Source: Myxococcota bacterium
GTDB lineage: Bacteria; Myxococcota_C; UBA6777
Length of the DNA stretch: 49,419 bases
Direction: 5' to 3'
Assembly (NCBI GenBank): GCA_023150835.1
Contig: JAKLKB010000034.1
Span: 1 to 49,419 of the forward strand
The position numbers were made by a program, and so were the translations under genes. This document shows, piece after piece, positions 10,747 through 20,231 of this stretch. How positions within the stretch are numbered: position 1 is the first letter of the stretch; every line of letters starts with the position of its first letter. The notes under the pieces were generated by a model that was given only the letters and a program-made list of their open reading frames with translations, searched no databases and was not told the origin of the DNA.

Positions 10747-11766
10747 CTATCGGCGAAATACGCCTTCCAAGATCCCGATAGCGCCTTCTTCGCAGACGCC
10801 GTGTCGATCGGCTCCCAGTTCCCACACCCATCCTTGGGCTGTTTTCTGGACGAGCTTATACGAAAAGCGCGTTCCTTCGGGCAACAAGATCGAGGCTTTC
10901 CACATCGGCCATGCCGACGGGTCCAACTCCACCCCCTGCGCTGGATCCCACTTCCCCATCTCTGGGCGGTCTCCCACCACAAACAGCCGATCTCCCGGAC
11001 GTGTCTGTGTATGCTCGAATTGGAATGTCACCACGCGCAACAACGTGGTTTGTTGCACGCGCTCGATCTGAACCAACGCAGCCGAAGACTCCGCCTTCAA
11101 CACTGAAACCTCCATCGAATCGGACGGCCACCGTGCCACTTCGCCCGATTCTCCGCCTGTTTCGATCATCTCCGCAAGATAAAAAGCGGGGTTAGTGCCT
11201 GAGTCCTTCGCTGTTTCGGTGTGGTTTGATGTAAGCTGGACGATCTGCGCCCACGCCGCATAAGTCCCCGACATCGTCTCTGCGACGGCCAAACCCTGAT
11301 CTGCCGAGGAAGCCTCGATCGCAGCGGTCTCCACAACAGGCGACTGTGCGGCCTCCACAACGGGCGGCTGTGCAGTCTCCACAACGGGCGACGGTACGGC
11401 CTCCACAACGGGCGACGGTACGGCCTCCACAACAGGCGACGGTACGGCCTCCACAACAGGCGGCTGTGCGGCCTCCACAACAAGCATTTCTGGGTCTGTG
11501 TGCGAGTGCGCTACACTCGCGGCTGTTTCTGGGGTATTTTCTGTGGTGGCCGAGTTGGTCGATGCGATGAGATCGGGCATTTGGGCGTCCGAAGCGAGAG
11601 ATTTTTGCACAGCCGCGATCAAAGCGCGGGCTTCTTCGAGAGGAAGAGATTCTTGCACAGAATAGAGCTTGTAGCCTTGTTGTTGGGCGTATTGGCGGAA
11701 TTCCTTAAAGGGCATGGAAAGTTGTTCGGCCATCTGGTGCGCACGCATCTTTTTGACTTTTGCCAT
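10747..11766 (-). CDS. IF2_N-like domain, acidic repeat linker and C-terminal CBM20 starch-binding domain
   Basis: KMRAHQMAEQLSMPFKEF..GY....QESL..EEA; TRPGDRLFVVGDRPEMGKWDP..WPMW..FSYK..VWELGADR; RBS gaggag. Confidence 0.8.
   Translation of the reverse strand: MAKVKKMRAHQMAEQLSMPFKEFRQYAQQQGYKLYSVQESLPLEEARALIAAVQKSLASDAQMPDLIASTNSATTENTPETAASVAHSHTDPEMLVVEAAQPPVVEAVPSPVVEAVPSPVVEAVPSPVVETAQPPVVEAAQSPVVETAAIEASSADQGLAVAETMSGTYAAWAQIVQLTSNHTETAKDSGTNPAFYLAEMIETGGESGEVARWPSDSMEVSVLKAESSAALVQIERVQQTTLLRVVTFQFEHTQTRPGDRLFVVGDRPEMGKWDPAQGVELDPSAWPMWKASILLPEGTRFSYKLVQKTAQGWVWELGADRHGVCEEGAIGILEGVFRR
11326..11480. repeat. 24-bp coding tandem repeat (PVVEAVPS-type)
   Basis: ctccacaac core every 24 bp, about 7 units. 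Confidence 0.85.
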
Positions 11767-12015
11767 CGAGGGCTCCTCTTCGTCGTGGATTTGTTTGGAA
11801 AAAAGGATCGGCCCACAACGTAACGCAAGATCGATCAGAAAGCAAAAAATCAGCACAAACAAAACAGCCGCAACGATCCAGCGATCAACACGCTCCCAGA
11901 AGGCAGACGGAGAGGCTTGACCGAGACAGGCAGGGTTGCGTATAGTCCACGCTCACAAGTCTCCAAAGGACCGATAGATTCAACCTCTCAAGACGACAAG
12001 TCAAAGGATTGTTCG

Positions 12016-12276
12016 GTGAAGACAGCACAGATCGCGATCGGTGTATTTTTGAGTGTGGGGGGGCTTTTGTTGAGCCTAGGGATCGGGGTGTATTTTGTGT
12101 ATTACGGGGTTCTGGATCTACAGGCGGGGAGGACCAAAGAGGGGATCATGAAGATGTTTGTGTGGGCCGAGTTGTACGGTCTTTTGTGCGTCTTTTTGAT
12201 GATGATGCCCGGCTTGATCTTGTTGCGCCGAATCCGCATCGAACCGCCCCCCAGTTCCCCAACGCCCCCCGCTTGA
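12016..12276 (+). CDS. Small two-TM membrane protein
   Basis: Two hydrophobic helices; GTG start after aagga. Confidence 0.65.
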   Translation: MKTAQIAIGVFLSVGGLLLSLGIGVYFVYYGVLDLQAGRTKEGIMKMFVWAELYGLLCVFLMMMPGLILLRRIRIEPPPSSPTPPA

Positions 12277-12325
12277 TCGATCTTTTGATACGATCGAAGT
12301 TTTGTATCGTGTTGTTTAGAGCATA

Positions 12326-14662
12326 TCAGGGAGAGGACTTGCAAGCACCTGTGTAATCGACCGCAGCGCCTGCTACATCGGCTTCACAAGCATTGCCATA
12401 AGTCTTTCCATTGCAGCCACAGACAGGAGCATAAAGAGCGGGACAGGCTTGGGGGATGGTGGTGCAAACGCCCATGTTGTCGGCCACTTTGCAGGTGCCT
12501 GCGGGATATTTGCAGAACTCGCTTTTGCTTGTGCAGACGAAACCAGCGATCCCACCGCATTGTTTGGGGGTGCAAGCGATCTTGGTGCAAGCAACGGAAC
12601 CGTTGTAGCAGCTACAAGAGTTGCAGCCATCGCCCGCAGGGAAGGAAGCACCGTGAGGATACTTGACACCATTGTGCGCGCAAGCCGAAGCGATCTTGCA
12701 AGTAGCGCTGGCGCTATCGCAGATCTCGCCTTTGAGGCAATCTGCGTCGCTTTTGCAAGCGACTTTGCACTCGCCTTTGTACTGGACAGAAACGCCCACC
12801 GAAGCTGCGCTACAAGCGTTGCCATGGGTTTTTCCGTCACAACCGCATACGGGATCATATTGCATGGTGCAGGCTTGGGGCTTTTGCACACAAACGCCCG
12901 GGATATCGGTCCAGCCGCAATGCGAACCAAACTGGCAGAACTGACCTGTGGGGCAAGGCGACAGGCCACGGCTTCCACAGGCTTGGCAAGCGCGCAAGGT
13001 ACACATCACGCGGCCATTTTGGCAGCTACACGTGTTGCAACCATCGGTGGCAGGGAAGGATTCGCCGTCTTTGTATTCTTTGCCGTCGTACTTGCAGCTT
13101 AGACCTGTGGGCTTGCACTCGCCTTTGTAATCGACCGCAACACCGGCTGCATCGGCGACGCATTCGTTGCTATAGGTTTTGCCATCGCAACCACAGATGG
13201 GATCATACAGACGATTGCAGGCTTGGGGTTTGGGAGTGCAATAACCCATGTTGTCGGCGACTTTGCAGGTTCCAGCGGGATACTTACAGAAGTCAGCGGT
13301 GTTTTTGCAGACGAAGCCCGCGATGCCACCGCAAGGTTCTTTTGGAGGGCAAGCCATCTTGGTACAACCGACCACGCCATTTTGACAGAAGCACTTGTTG
13401 CAACCATCGGTAGCAGGGAAGGACTCGCCATCTTTGTATTCTTTGCCGTCGTATTTGCAGCTTGCGCCGTTCTTGCACTCGCCTTTGTAATCGATCGAAA
13501 CGCCCGCAGCATCGGCTTCACAATCGTTGCCGTAGGTTTTGCCGTTGCAACCGCATACGGGGTCGTATTGTTGGGTGCAGGCTTGGGGAGGAGTGGTGCA
13601 AACGCCCATGTTGTCGGCGACATTGCAAGTGCCGATCGCCATCTTGCAGAAGTCACCTTTGTTTTGGCAGGCGAAGCCAGCGATCCCACCGCATCGTTCG
13701 GGGGTAGGGCAAGCGCGTTTGGTGCAGTTGGGGACGCCGTTGGAGCCACAAGTGCAAGTATTGCAGCCGTCACCCGCAGGAAAGGTCTCGCCTTCTTTGT
13801 ACTCTTTGCCGTTGTATTTGCAGATCACACCGGTGCTTTTGCACTCGCCTTTGTAATCGACTGCGACGCCTGCGCTATCGGCAGCACATTCATTTCCGTA
13901 AGTTTTGCCGTTGCAACCGCATACGGGTTCGTATTGTTCGGTGCAGGCTTGGGGTTGGGGTTTGCAAACACCCATATTGTCTTTGATATTGCAGGTTCCA
14001 GCAGGATATTTGCAGAAGTCGCCTTTGTTTTTGCAAGCGATCCCTGCGATCCCACCGCATTTTTCTTCGACAGGGCAAGCCATGTCTGTACAAGACACTG
14101 CGCCATTTTTGCAGAAGCACTTGTTGCAACCATCGGTGGCGGGGAAGGATTCGCCGTCTTTGTACTCTTTGCCGTCGTACTTGCAGCTTGCGCCTGTGGT
14201 CTTGCACTCGCCTTTGTAATCGACCGAAACGCCCGCAGCTTCCGCGCCACAAGCATTTCCGTAAGTCTTGCCGTCGCAACCGCATACAGGATCGTATTGC
14301 GTGGTACAAGCTTGGGGTTTTGGAGTGCAAACGCCCATGTTGTCGGCCACTTTGCAGGTTCCATCGGCCATTTTGCAGAAGTCACCTTTGTTTTTGCAAG
14401 CGATGCCTGCGATCCCACCGCATTTTTCAGCGGGAGGGGGGACACAGGCTTTCAAGGTACAAGCGACTTGACCGTTTGTGCTACACGAACAGGAGTTGCA
14501 ACCGTCGGTCGAAGGGAAAGCATCGCCCGCGTTGTAAGTCTTGCCCCCGTAGGAACAGGTTTGCTGTTGGATCGGGCCACCACATCCGCCCTGTGCGCCC
14601 GTAAGCATCACAAAGCCGCCCATCATCAACGTCCAATAAAACAGATACCGTTTGAGATTCAT
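12326..14662 (-). CDS. Multidomain pacifastin-like/Kazal-like protease-inhibitor lipoprotein (6 tri-domain units)
   Basis: 6 x DGCNxCxC..G...CTxxAC, 6 x CGG/CGS Cys module, 6 x PxAC...YxP(V/I)CGC(D/N)GKT(Y/H)xNxC; signal ends GAQGG-C; RBS ggagg. Confidence 0.88.
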   Translation of the reverse strand: MNLKRYLFYWTLMMGGFVMLTGAQGGCGGPIQQQTCSYGGKTYNAGDAFPSTDGCNSCSCSTNGQVACTLKACVPPPAEKCGGIAGIACKNKGDFCKMADGTCKVADNMGVCTPKPQACTTQYDPVCGCDGKTYGNACGAEAAGVSVDYKGECKTTGASCKYDGKEYKDGESFPATDGCNKCFCKNGAVSCTDMACPVEEKCGGIAGIACKNKGDFCKYPAGTCNIKDNMGVCKPQPQACTEQYEPVCGCNGKTYGNECAADSAGVAVDYKGECKSTGVICKYNGKEYKEGETFPAGDGCNTCTCGSNGVPNCTKRACPTPERCGGIAGFACQNKGDFCKMAIGTCNVADNMGVCTTPPQACTQQYDPVCGCNGKTYGNDCEADAAGVSIDYKGECKNGASCKYDGKEYKDGESFPATDGCNKCFCQNGVVGCTKMACPPKEPCGGIAGFVCKNTADFCKYPAGTCKVADNMGYCTPKPQACNRLYDPICGCDGKTYSNECVADAAGVAVDYKGECKPTGLSCKYDGKEYKDGESFPATDGCNTCSCQNGRVMCTLRACQACGSRGLSPCPTGQFCQFGSHCGWTDIPGVCVQKPQACTMQYDPVCGCDGKTHGNACSAASVGVSVQYKGECKVACKSDADCLKGEICDSASATCKIASACAHNGVKYPHGASFPAGDGCNSCSCYNGSVACTKIACTPKQCGGIAGFVCTSKSEFCKYPAGTCKVADNMGVCTTIPQACPALYAPVCGCNGKTYGNACEADVAGAAVDYTGACKSSP

Positions 14663-14872
14663 ACGATTCCTCCACATTTGGGTCTTGCGAAGCGCACAAA
14701 GCCGTGTGTTTCAAAAAAAAGCACGTCCACGCTTTTTCTAAAACAAGGTCACGTCAGGCTTCGCGGTGAAAAATCAAACATTGCGATCATACCCTGATCG
14801 CCAAGCTGCGCGATCTTGTTGTTTGCATCGTTTCACGCAGCGCCTTCGATCTCTATCCATCTTTTTTTAGAA

Positions 14873-16390
14873 TTATTTGCAGGCCCCTGTGTAATCGACA
14901 GAGACGCCAGAAGCATCGGCCTCACAATCGTTTCCATAGGTCTTTCCATTGCAGCCGCAGACTTGCATGATTACGGTCAGGCAACTTTTGGGCTTTGGGG
15001 TACAAACGCCCATATTGTCGGCGACTTTGCAGGTGTTGGTGGGAAATTTACAAAAGGCGCTGGGATCACTACACATCAAGCCCGCGATCCCACCGCATTG
15101 TTCGGGGGTAGGGCAAGCGCGTTTGGTGCAGTTCGCAACCCCGTTGGAGCCGCAAGAGCAGGTATTACAGCCATCACCCGCAGGAAAGGATTCGCCTTCT
15201 TTGTACTCTTTGCCGTCGTATTTGCAGACGACAGCAACGGTCTTGCATTCGCCTTTGTAATCGACCGAAACACGAGCATTGTCGGCACCACAAGCATTTC
15301 CGTAAGTCTTGCCATCACAGCCACAAACAGGGTCGTATTGTTGAGTGCAGCCTTGGGGGGGAGTGGTGCAAACGCCCATGTTGTCGGAGACTTTGCAGGT
15401 GCCGATCGCCATTTTGCAAAATTCGCCTTTGTTTTTGCAAGCGATCCCTGCGATCCCACCGCATTGTTCGGGGGTGGGGCAAGCGATCTTGGTGCATCCG
15501 ATCACACCGCCTTTTTCGCATATACAAGTGTTGCATCCGTCCACAGCAGGGAAGGACGCTCCGATCTTGTAGCTCTTGCCGTTGTAAGAACACACCGTCA
15601 CAGGGCAGGCCCCCACAGAACGGATCGAGATCCCCGCTGCTGCGGCTTTACAAGCGCTTTCGTATTCTTGACCATCACAGCCACACACAGGCTCGACGAT
15701 CAACGTGCAGACCGAAGGTTTTGGCGCACAAGTCCCGGGTATATCGGTCGTTCCGCAATGGCTGTCTTGACGGCAAAACCAACCTTCAGGACAAGCAGGA
15801 AGACCACGCGATCCACACGAAGGACAGGCTTGGGTGGTGCAAGAGACCGTCCCCCCTGCAACGTCGGTACAAGTGCAGGTATTACAACCATCGCTTGCAA
15901 CAAACGTTTCGCCTTGTTTGTAGCGTTGCCCATTGTACTGACAGATCACAGGAGAGGTCTTGCACTCACCTTTGTAATCGACCGAGACACCCGCAGCATC
16001 GGCCCCACAAGCGTTTCCATAAGTCTTTCCATCGCAGCCGCACACAGGCGCGTACTCTTGTGTGCAGGCTTGCGGCTTGGTTGTGCAGGTACCTTGGTTG
16101 TCTTTTATGCTGCACGAGTTTTCGGCGTACTTGCAAAAATCGCCCAGCTTCTTGCAAGCGATCCCTGCGATCCCACCGCAGCGATCGCCGTTACAGACCA
16201 ACAGCGTGCAGGCGATCTTTCCGTCTTGGCTACACCCACACGTATTGCATCCGTCTTTTGCAGGAAAGCTCTTTCCAGCGAGATACACCTTGCCCTCATA
16301 AGAACAAGTCGCAGGCCACTCCCACGGATCAAAGACGCACGCCGAAGTCACCCACCACAAGCCACACCACAACAAGCCCCATCGACGCAT
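14873..16390 (-). CDS. Paralogous pacifastin-like/Kazal-like lipoprotein (4 tri-domain units)
   Basis: Lipobox VTSA-C and the same module triplet four times. Confidence 0.88.
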   Translation of the reverse strand: MRRWGLLWCGLWWVTSACVFDPWEWPATCSYEGKVYLAGKSFPAKDGCNTCGCSQDGKIACTLLVCNGDRCGGIAGIACKKLGDFCKYAENSCSIKDNQGTCTTKPQACTQEYAPVCGCDGKTYGNACGADAAGVSVDYKGECKTSPVICQYNGQRYKQGETFVASDGCNTCTCTDVAGGTVSCTTQACPSCGSRGLPACPEGWFCRQDSHCGTTDIPGTCAPKPSVCTLIVEPVCGCDGQEYESACKAAAAGISIRSVGACPVTVCSYNGKSYKIGASFPAVDGCNTCICEKGGVIGCTKIACPTPEQCGGIAGIACKNKGEFCKMAIGTCKVSDNMGVCTTPPQGCTQQYDPVCGCDGKTYGNACGADNARVSVDYKGECKTVAVVCKYDGKEYKEGESFPAGDGCNTCSCGSNGVANCTKRACPTPEQCGGIAGLMCSDPSAFCKFPTNTCKVADNMGVCTPKPKSCLTVIMQVCGCNGKTYGNDCEADASGVSVDYTGACK

Positions 16391-16402
16391 ACGCCCTCCT
16401 TC

Positions 16403-17692
16403 TTACCGAAGCCGCTTTTTCAAGGCCAAAAAGTGCGGATAATAGCTCTCTTTGGGCGAATGTGTTTGCAGATACGACGCGATCAACCTGCGCGCTTCTT
16501 GGCGCTCGATCGGGCCGCGCTGACTCAAGGCTTCCGTGAGCCAGTACAGGACTTGTTGTTTTTCCATCCCACGCTGCGCATAACGCTTGAGATAATGCCG
16601 ATACCACCGAACACACGGCGTCCCATCCAAAAAGATCGTACGACAAACTTGCATGGCGGAAAGCAAACTCAGTTCCGCAGCACCATCCGGCGGATTCATC
16701 CGATACTCGGCCAACAAGAGAGCGTACACTTGATGTCGATACATCTTGCCGTTGGGTTGTTTGGCGAGACGGCGCAACGAGGCTTGAGCGCGCCGAAACA
16801 AGGCATCTTTTGTACTGGCGGAGATACCGGGTTCTTCGGCACGATCCAGCACAAAAGAAAACAAGGCTTGGGGGGCATATTGGGCAAACCAATCGATCTT
16901 TTGTGCAGAAGAAGCCTCCACAGCAGGCAAGGGATAGCGTTGGATCTGACCTGAGGACAAGTCGATGCGCTGCCCTTGGCCCGCGCTCAAAAGGCCGAAA
17001 GATCGGGGACCTTGCTCGATCAGAACTTTTCCACGCACCACTTCAACGCGCACCCAATCGCGACGTTGCTCGACTGAAAAAACAGTACCACGCACCAAAA
17101 CACGCAGATCGCTTTGACAATGCACAGCAAAATGCTCCATGCTCTTTGGCGTGACGTGGATGTGGATGTGACCTTGTGCCATCTTGACTTCGGTGGAACG
17201 GTTGTTTTGGCGCAAGAGATGGAGTCGGGTTTGTTGTTTTGCTTGCAAACGCCAGCGATGGCCTTGGCGGACGCTTCCTTCGGCGTCTTGGGTGTGCAGG
17301 TGTTGCTCTGAAACGGCCTGTGCAGCGGTGCTTTCTTGGGCGGCCCTCTTTTGCGTAGAAGAGGGCTGTTTGCTTGGTTGGCTTGGCGAGGCGTCTTGGT
17401 TCCATTGCCCTGCAAAACGCAGCGGAACCAGCGCTTCTTGTGTCGAAGCACTCCACCACACAAGCAGGGCCACAAAGCACGAAGCCATCGCGCCCATCGT
17501 GCCCATCGCCCAACTCGACGCACGGCGACGGGGCAATGTTCCAACGACCTTTGGAAACGCAGCCATGAGTTCGCGCTCGACTTCGCGCAAGATCACCTGT
17601 TCTTCGGGCGTAGTCTGCTCCCAAGGAATCAGCCGCTGCTCCAAAGAAACCGTATTCCCGTATGTTCCTTGCGCTGCTTTCGGATGATTCAT
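16403..17692 (-). CDS. FecR-domain anti-sigma factor with a C-terminal TPR-like region
   Basis: One TM; FecR pattern VKMAQGHIHIHV..FAVH..VLVRGTVFSV..VRVEVVRGKV; ATGA overlap with the sigma stop codon. Confidence 0.85.
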   Translation of the reverse strand: MNHPKAAQGTYGNTVSLEQRLIPWEQTTPEEQVILREVERELMAAFPKVVGTLPRRRASSWAMGTMGAMASCFVALLVWWSASTQEALVPLRFAGQWNQDASPSQPSKQPSSTQKRAAQESTAAQAVSEQHLHTQDAEGSVRQGHRWRLQAKQQTRLHLLRQNNRSTEVKMAQGHIHIHVTPKSMEHFAVHCQSDLRVLVRGTVFSVEQRRDWVRVEVVRGKVLIEQGPRSFGLLSAGQGQRIDLSSGQIQRYPLPAVEASSAQKIDWFAQYAPQALFSFVLDRAEEPGISASTKDALFRRAQASLRRLAKQPNGKMYRHQVYALLLAEYRMNPPDGAAELSLLSAMQVCRTIFLDGTPCVRWYRHYLKRYAQRGMEKQQVLYWLTEALSQRGPIERQEARRLIASYLQTHSPKESYYPHFLALKKRLR

Positions 17693-18330
17693 CGCAGCCA
17701 CTCCTCTACAGACAAGCCCAAACGCTTGCACTCGCGCACAAGACGCTCTCGCAGTTCTTGGCGCGCCCGATGCAATCGCGACGCAACCGTTCCCACCGAG
17801 ATCCCCAGTTCTTCCGCCGCTTCTTCGATCTTTCGACCTTCGAGATCGCACAACAACACCACCACTCGCTTGTCTGCTCCCAAACGCCCCAATACCTCAT
17901 GCACCAACTGCCGAAGTTCCTCTCGCAAAAAGATCTGCTCATGCAAAGCCTCGGAAGATCCGCCACCTTCCTCACCATCAGGCCAAAAACGCTCCACAAA
18001 CGAGCGCCATGTTTGTTGGCGACGAAAGCGATCGCGCATCATGTTCGTTGCGATGCGGTTGAGCCACGCATGAAGCAGACCATTTCCTTGGTAACGACCA
18101 AGGTGTTGAAGACTCTGCAAGAAAAATTGTTGAAGACTATCGCGTGCGGCGTCTTCGTCATTGGTCCAACGCAAGAAACGCCGATAGAAATAAGGGGAGT
18201 AATGTCGATACATCTCGCGAAAGGCCCTTTGATCGCCCGCCAAGATCCGCTGCACAAGAGCAAGATCTTGTTCGATCTGTTGTTGTACGGAAGAAGCATC
18301 TTGCGAAAGAAAGGGAGCGGGTGTAGTCAT
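17689..18330 (-). CDS. ECF RNA polymerase sigma factor
   Basis: GDQRAFREMY, AARDSLQQFF, AWLNRIATN (region 2); EEAAEELGISVGTVASRLHRAR (region 4). Confidence 0.95.
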   Translation of the reverse strand: MTTPAPFLSQDASSVQQQIEQDLALVQRILAGDQRAFREMYRHYSPYFYRRFLRWTNDEDAARDSLQQFFLQSLQHLGRYQGNGLLHAWLNRIATNMMRDRFRRQQTWRSFVERFWPDGEEGGGSSEALHEQIFLREELRQLVHEVLGRLGADKRVVVLLCDLEGRKIEEAAEELGISVGTVASRLHRARQELRERLVRECKRLGLSVEEWLR

Positions 18331-18534
18331 CGATTCATCGGTGCGACCAAGAGGTAAAGCAGAACACACGAGTGTTTGCACACTATCGCATCCTTTTCGC
18401 TCTGCTGACAACCCTTGCTCCATCGCTCGACCTCAACCAACCACGACGCATCCCAACACCTCGCTTTCCACAGCCTTGACGCACCAAGCCAAAAGTTTTT
18501 CCAAAAAATCACCCTTCCACAGGAATTGCACAAT

Positions 18535-18600
18535 TGGATGGCTTTTGTGGGGTTTTACCCCATACCCCACAAGGGAGCGCAGCTCCCTTGACCCTGTATC
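18535..18600 (+). repeat. REP-like element B, short copy
   Basis: ttttgtggggttttaccccataccccacaagggagcgcagctcccttgaccc. Confidence 0.8.
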
Positions 18601-18650
18601 GTATCACCCCGGACTGAGGATGTGTCGCCCCAAGCTCCCACGATACGATC

Positions 18651-20069
18651 TTAAAAAGTGAACCATGCTCCCAGCCCCACGGGCATCTGTACAAGATGCG
18701 GTGCGTCGGTGCTGCCCTCTGTTGGAGAGAAACCAAACGGCGGCAGATAATGCACCGAAAGATCCAGCGACAACGTGAACCATGACGCCAATTCAAGCCG
18801 CAGCCTCGCCCCCAACGCAAAGCCCCACCCCGACACCAGCGCATATTTCTGCTCTCCGCGATCCACCACCTGAAAATCCATGACCGCCCCTGCCGATATC
18901 TCGACTCGCAAAGGATACGCACCAAGCTTCCACGGCAACAACGGCGACCAACCCAACAAAAACGACGGACGAAATAGCCCGATACTCCGCCCCATCTGCA
19001 ACGTATAAAGATGCGAGCGCAGCCCCACATACAGCGTCCAATCCCCCAACCCCACCCCAAAAAACACAGGCCCCCCAAAATCCGCACGTTGAAACCCCGT
19101 CACCAAAACCTCTGGCACCAACCCCACAGCCACATGAAACCACCGACGTTTCGAGGCCAACGAACGGCTCTGCATCAACGAACCTCGCGGATTGACCGGC
19201 ACAACAGGCAGCAACAACACCGCAAGTTTTTTTTCTCTCGGAGGCTTCGTTGGTTTCGGAGGCTTCGTTATGATCAGGGCTTTTGTTGTATTCGATGTGC
19301 TCGATGTGTTCGATGTGTTCGATGTGTTCGGTGTGTTCGAGGTATTCGGTGTGTTCGATGTGTTCGATGTGTTCGATGTGTTCGATGTGTTCGATGTGTT
19401 CGGTGTGTTCGGTGTGTTCGGTGTGTTCGGTGTGTTCGGTGTGTTCGGTGTATTCGGTGTATTCGGTGTGTTCGGTGTGTTCGATGTATTCGATGTATTC
19501 GGTGTGTTCGGTGTGTTCGATGTGTTCGATGTATTCGGTGTGTTCGGTATACTCGGAGTATTGCGTTGGGGTGGGTTGGATTGAGGAGACGAGGGGTTGG
19601 GATGGGTAGCCAAGCGCTTTCTAGTGATTCGTCGGTTCGTCCGATGTTTTAGGATTTTTCGAGCGCGTATTGGAGGTACAAAGATCACCGATGACGAGGG
19701 CAAAACAAACTGTGCTTGCACAGAAGAAGGTGACGGCTTTTGCTCGATCCAGTCTGCAAAAAGCTCCAGATACACCACCATTGCTCTGGCCCGAACGGTC
19801 GGGGTTTTTAGTTTAGATGGAAGATGAAAAGATCGTATCCATCGACCTTTTTGGATCAAGACGGTGTTGATATCTTGGAGGTGGAGTGTGGTGAGATGAG
19901 GCGTCTGTGTTCGACGAGCAAGGAGCGTATAACCTTCCAACATCAAGAGATGACGGAGTTTTTTGTACTCGCCGCTTTTTTTGTAAGACTCAGGGACATG
20001 CAAGAACACAGGCCGAAGGACAGCAGAGGGGAAACAAAAAAGGCAATACAAAAGCCACAAACAAGGCAT
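18651..20069 (-). CDS. Exported protein with an NT(P/S) repeat linker and a C-terminal small beta-barrel-like domain
   Basis: Hydrophobic N-terminus; alternating amphipathic strands ending GLGAWFTF (terminal Phe); start uncertain. Confidence 0.7.
   Translation of the reverse strand: MPCLWLLYCLFCFPSAVLRPVFLHVPESYKKSGEYKKLRHLLMLEGYTLLARRTQTPHLTTLHLQDINTVLIQKGRWIRSFHLPSKLKTPTVRARAMVVYLELFADWIEQKPSPSSVQAQFVLPSSSVIFVPPIRARKILKHRTNRRITRKRLATHPNPSSPQSNPPQRNTPSIPNTPNTSNTSNTPNTPNTSNTSNTPNTPNTPNTPNTPNTPNTPNTPNTPNTSNTSNTSNTSNTSNTPNTSNTPNTSNTSNTSSTSNTTKALIITKPPKPTKPPREKKLAVLLLPVVPVNPRGSLMQSRSLASKRRWFHVAVGLVPEVLVTGFQRADFGGPVFFGVGLGDWTLYVGLRSHLYTLQMGRSIGLFRPSFLLGWSPLLPWKLGAYPLRVEISAGAVMDFQVVDRGEQKYALVSGWGFALGARLRLELASWFTLSLDLSVHYLPPFGFSPTEGSTDAPHLVQMPVGLGAWFTF
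19287..19546. repeat. 9-bp coding VNTR, about 29 units (NTP/NTS)
   Basis: ttcg(a/g)tgt(g/a) tandem array. Confidence 0.95.
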
Positions 20070-20231
20070 TGCGCCACACCATGCTCTCGATCAATCGGCT
20101 GCTACGCAGTCACCCAAAAAACAGCAAAGAACAACGGATCGCGCAGGAAGATTGGTTGTTTGCTCGAAGGCTGTCAAGATCAAAGAGTCCCCCCCGATGC
20201 CACCCCGCCCTTGGAACACAAAGAACACGAC

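Noticed and set aside
12326-16390. Diversity-generating retroelement acting on the inhibitor repeats
   Set aside because: No reverse transcriptase, no non-coding template copy, and differences are not confined to adenines
13223-16954. Long plus-strand ORFs 13223-14797 and 14816-16954
   Set aside because: Antisense shadows of the repetitive Cys-rich genes, with no recognisable motifs
19287-19546. Cys-rich ORFs (CVRCVR, CSMCSM) on the plus strand
   Set aside because: Alternative readings of the 9-bp VNTR inside the minus-strand gene
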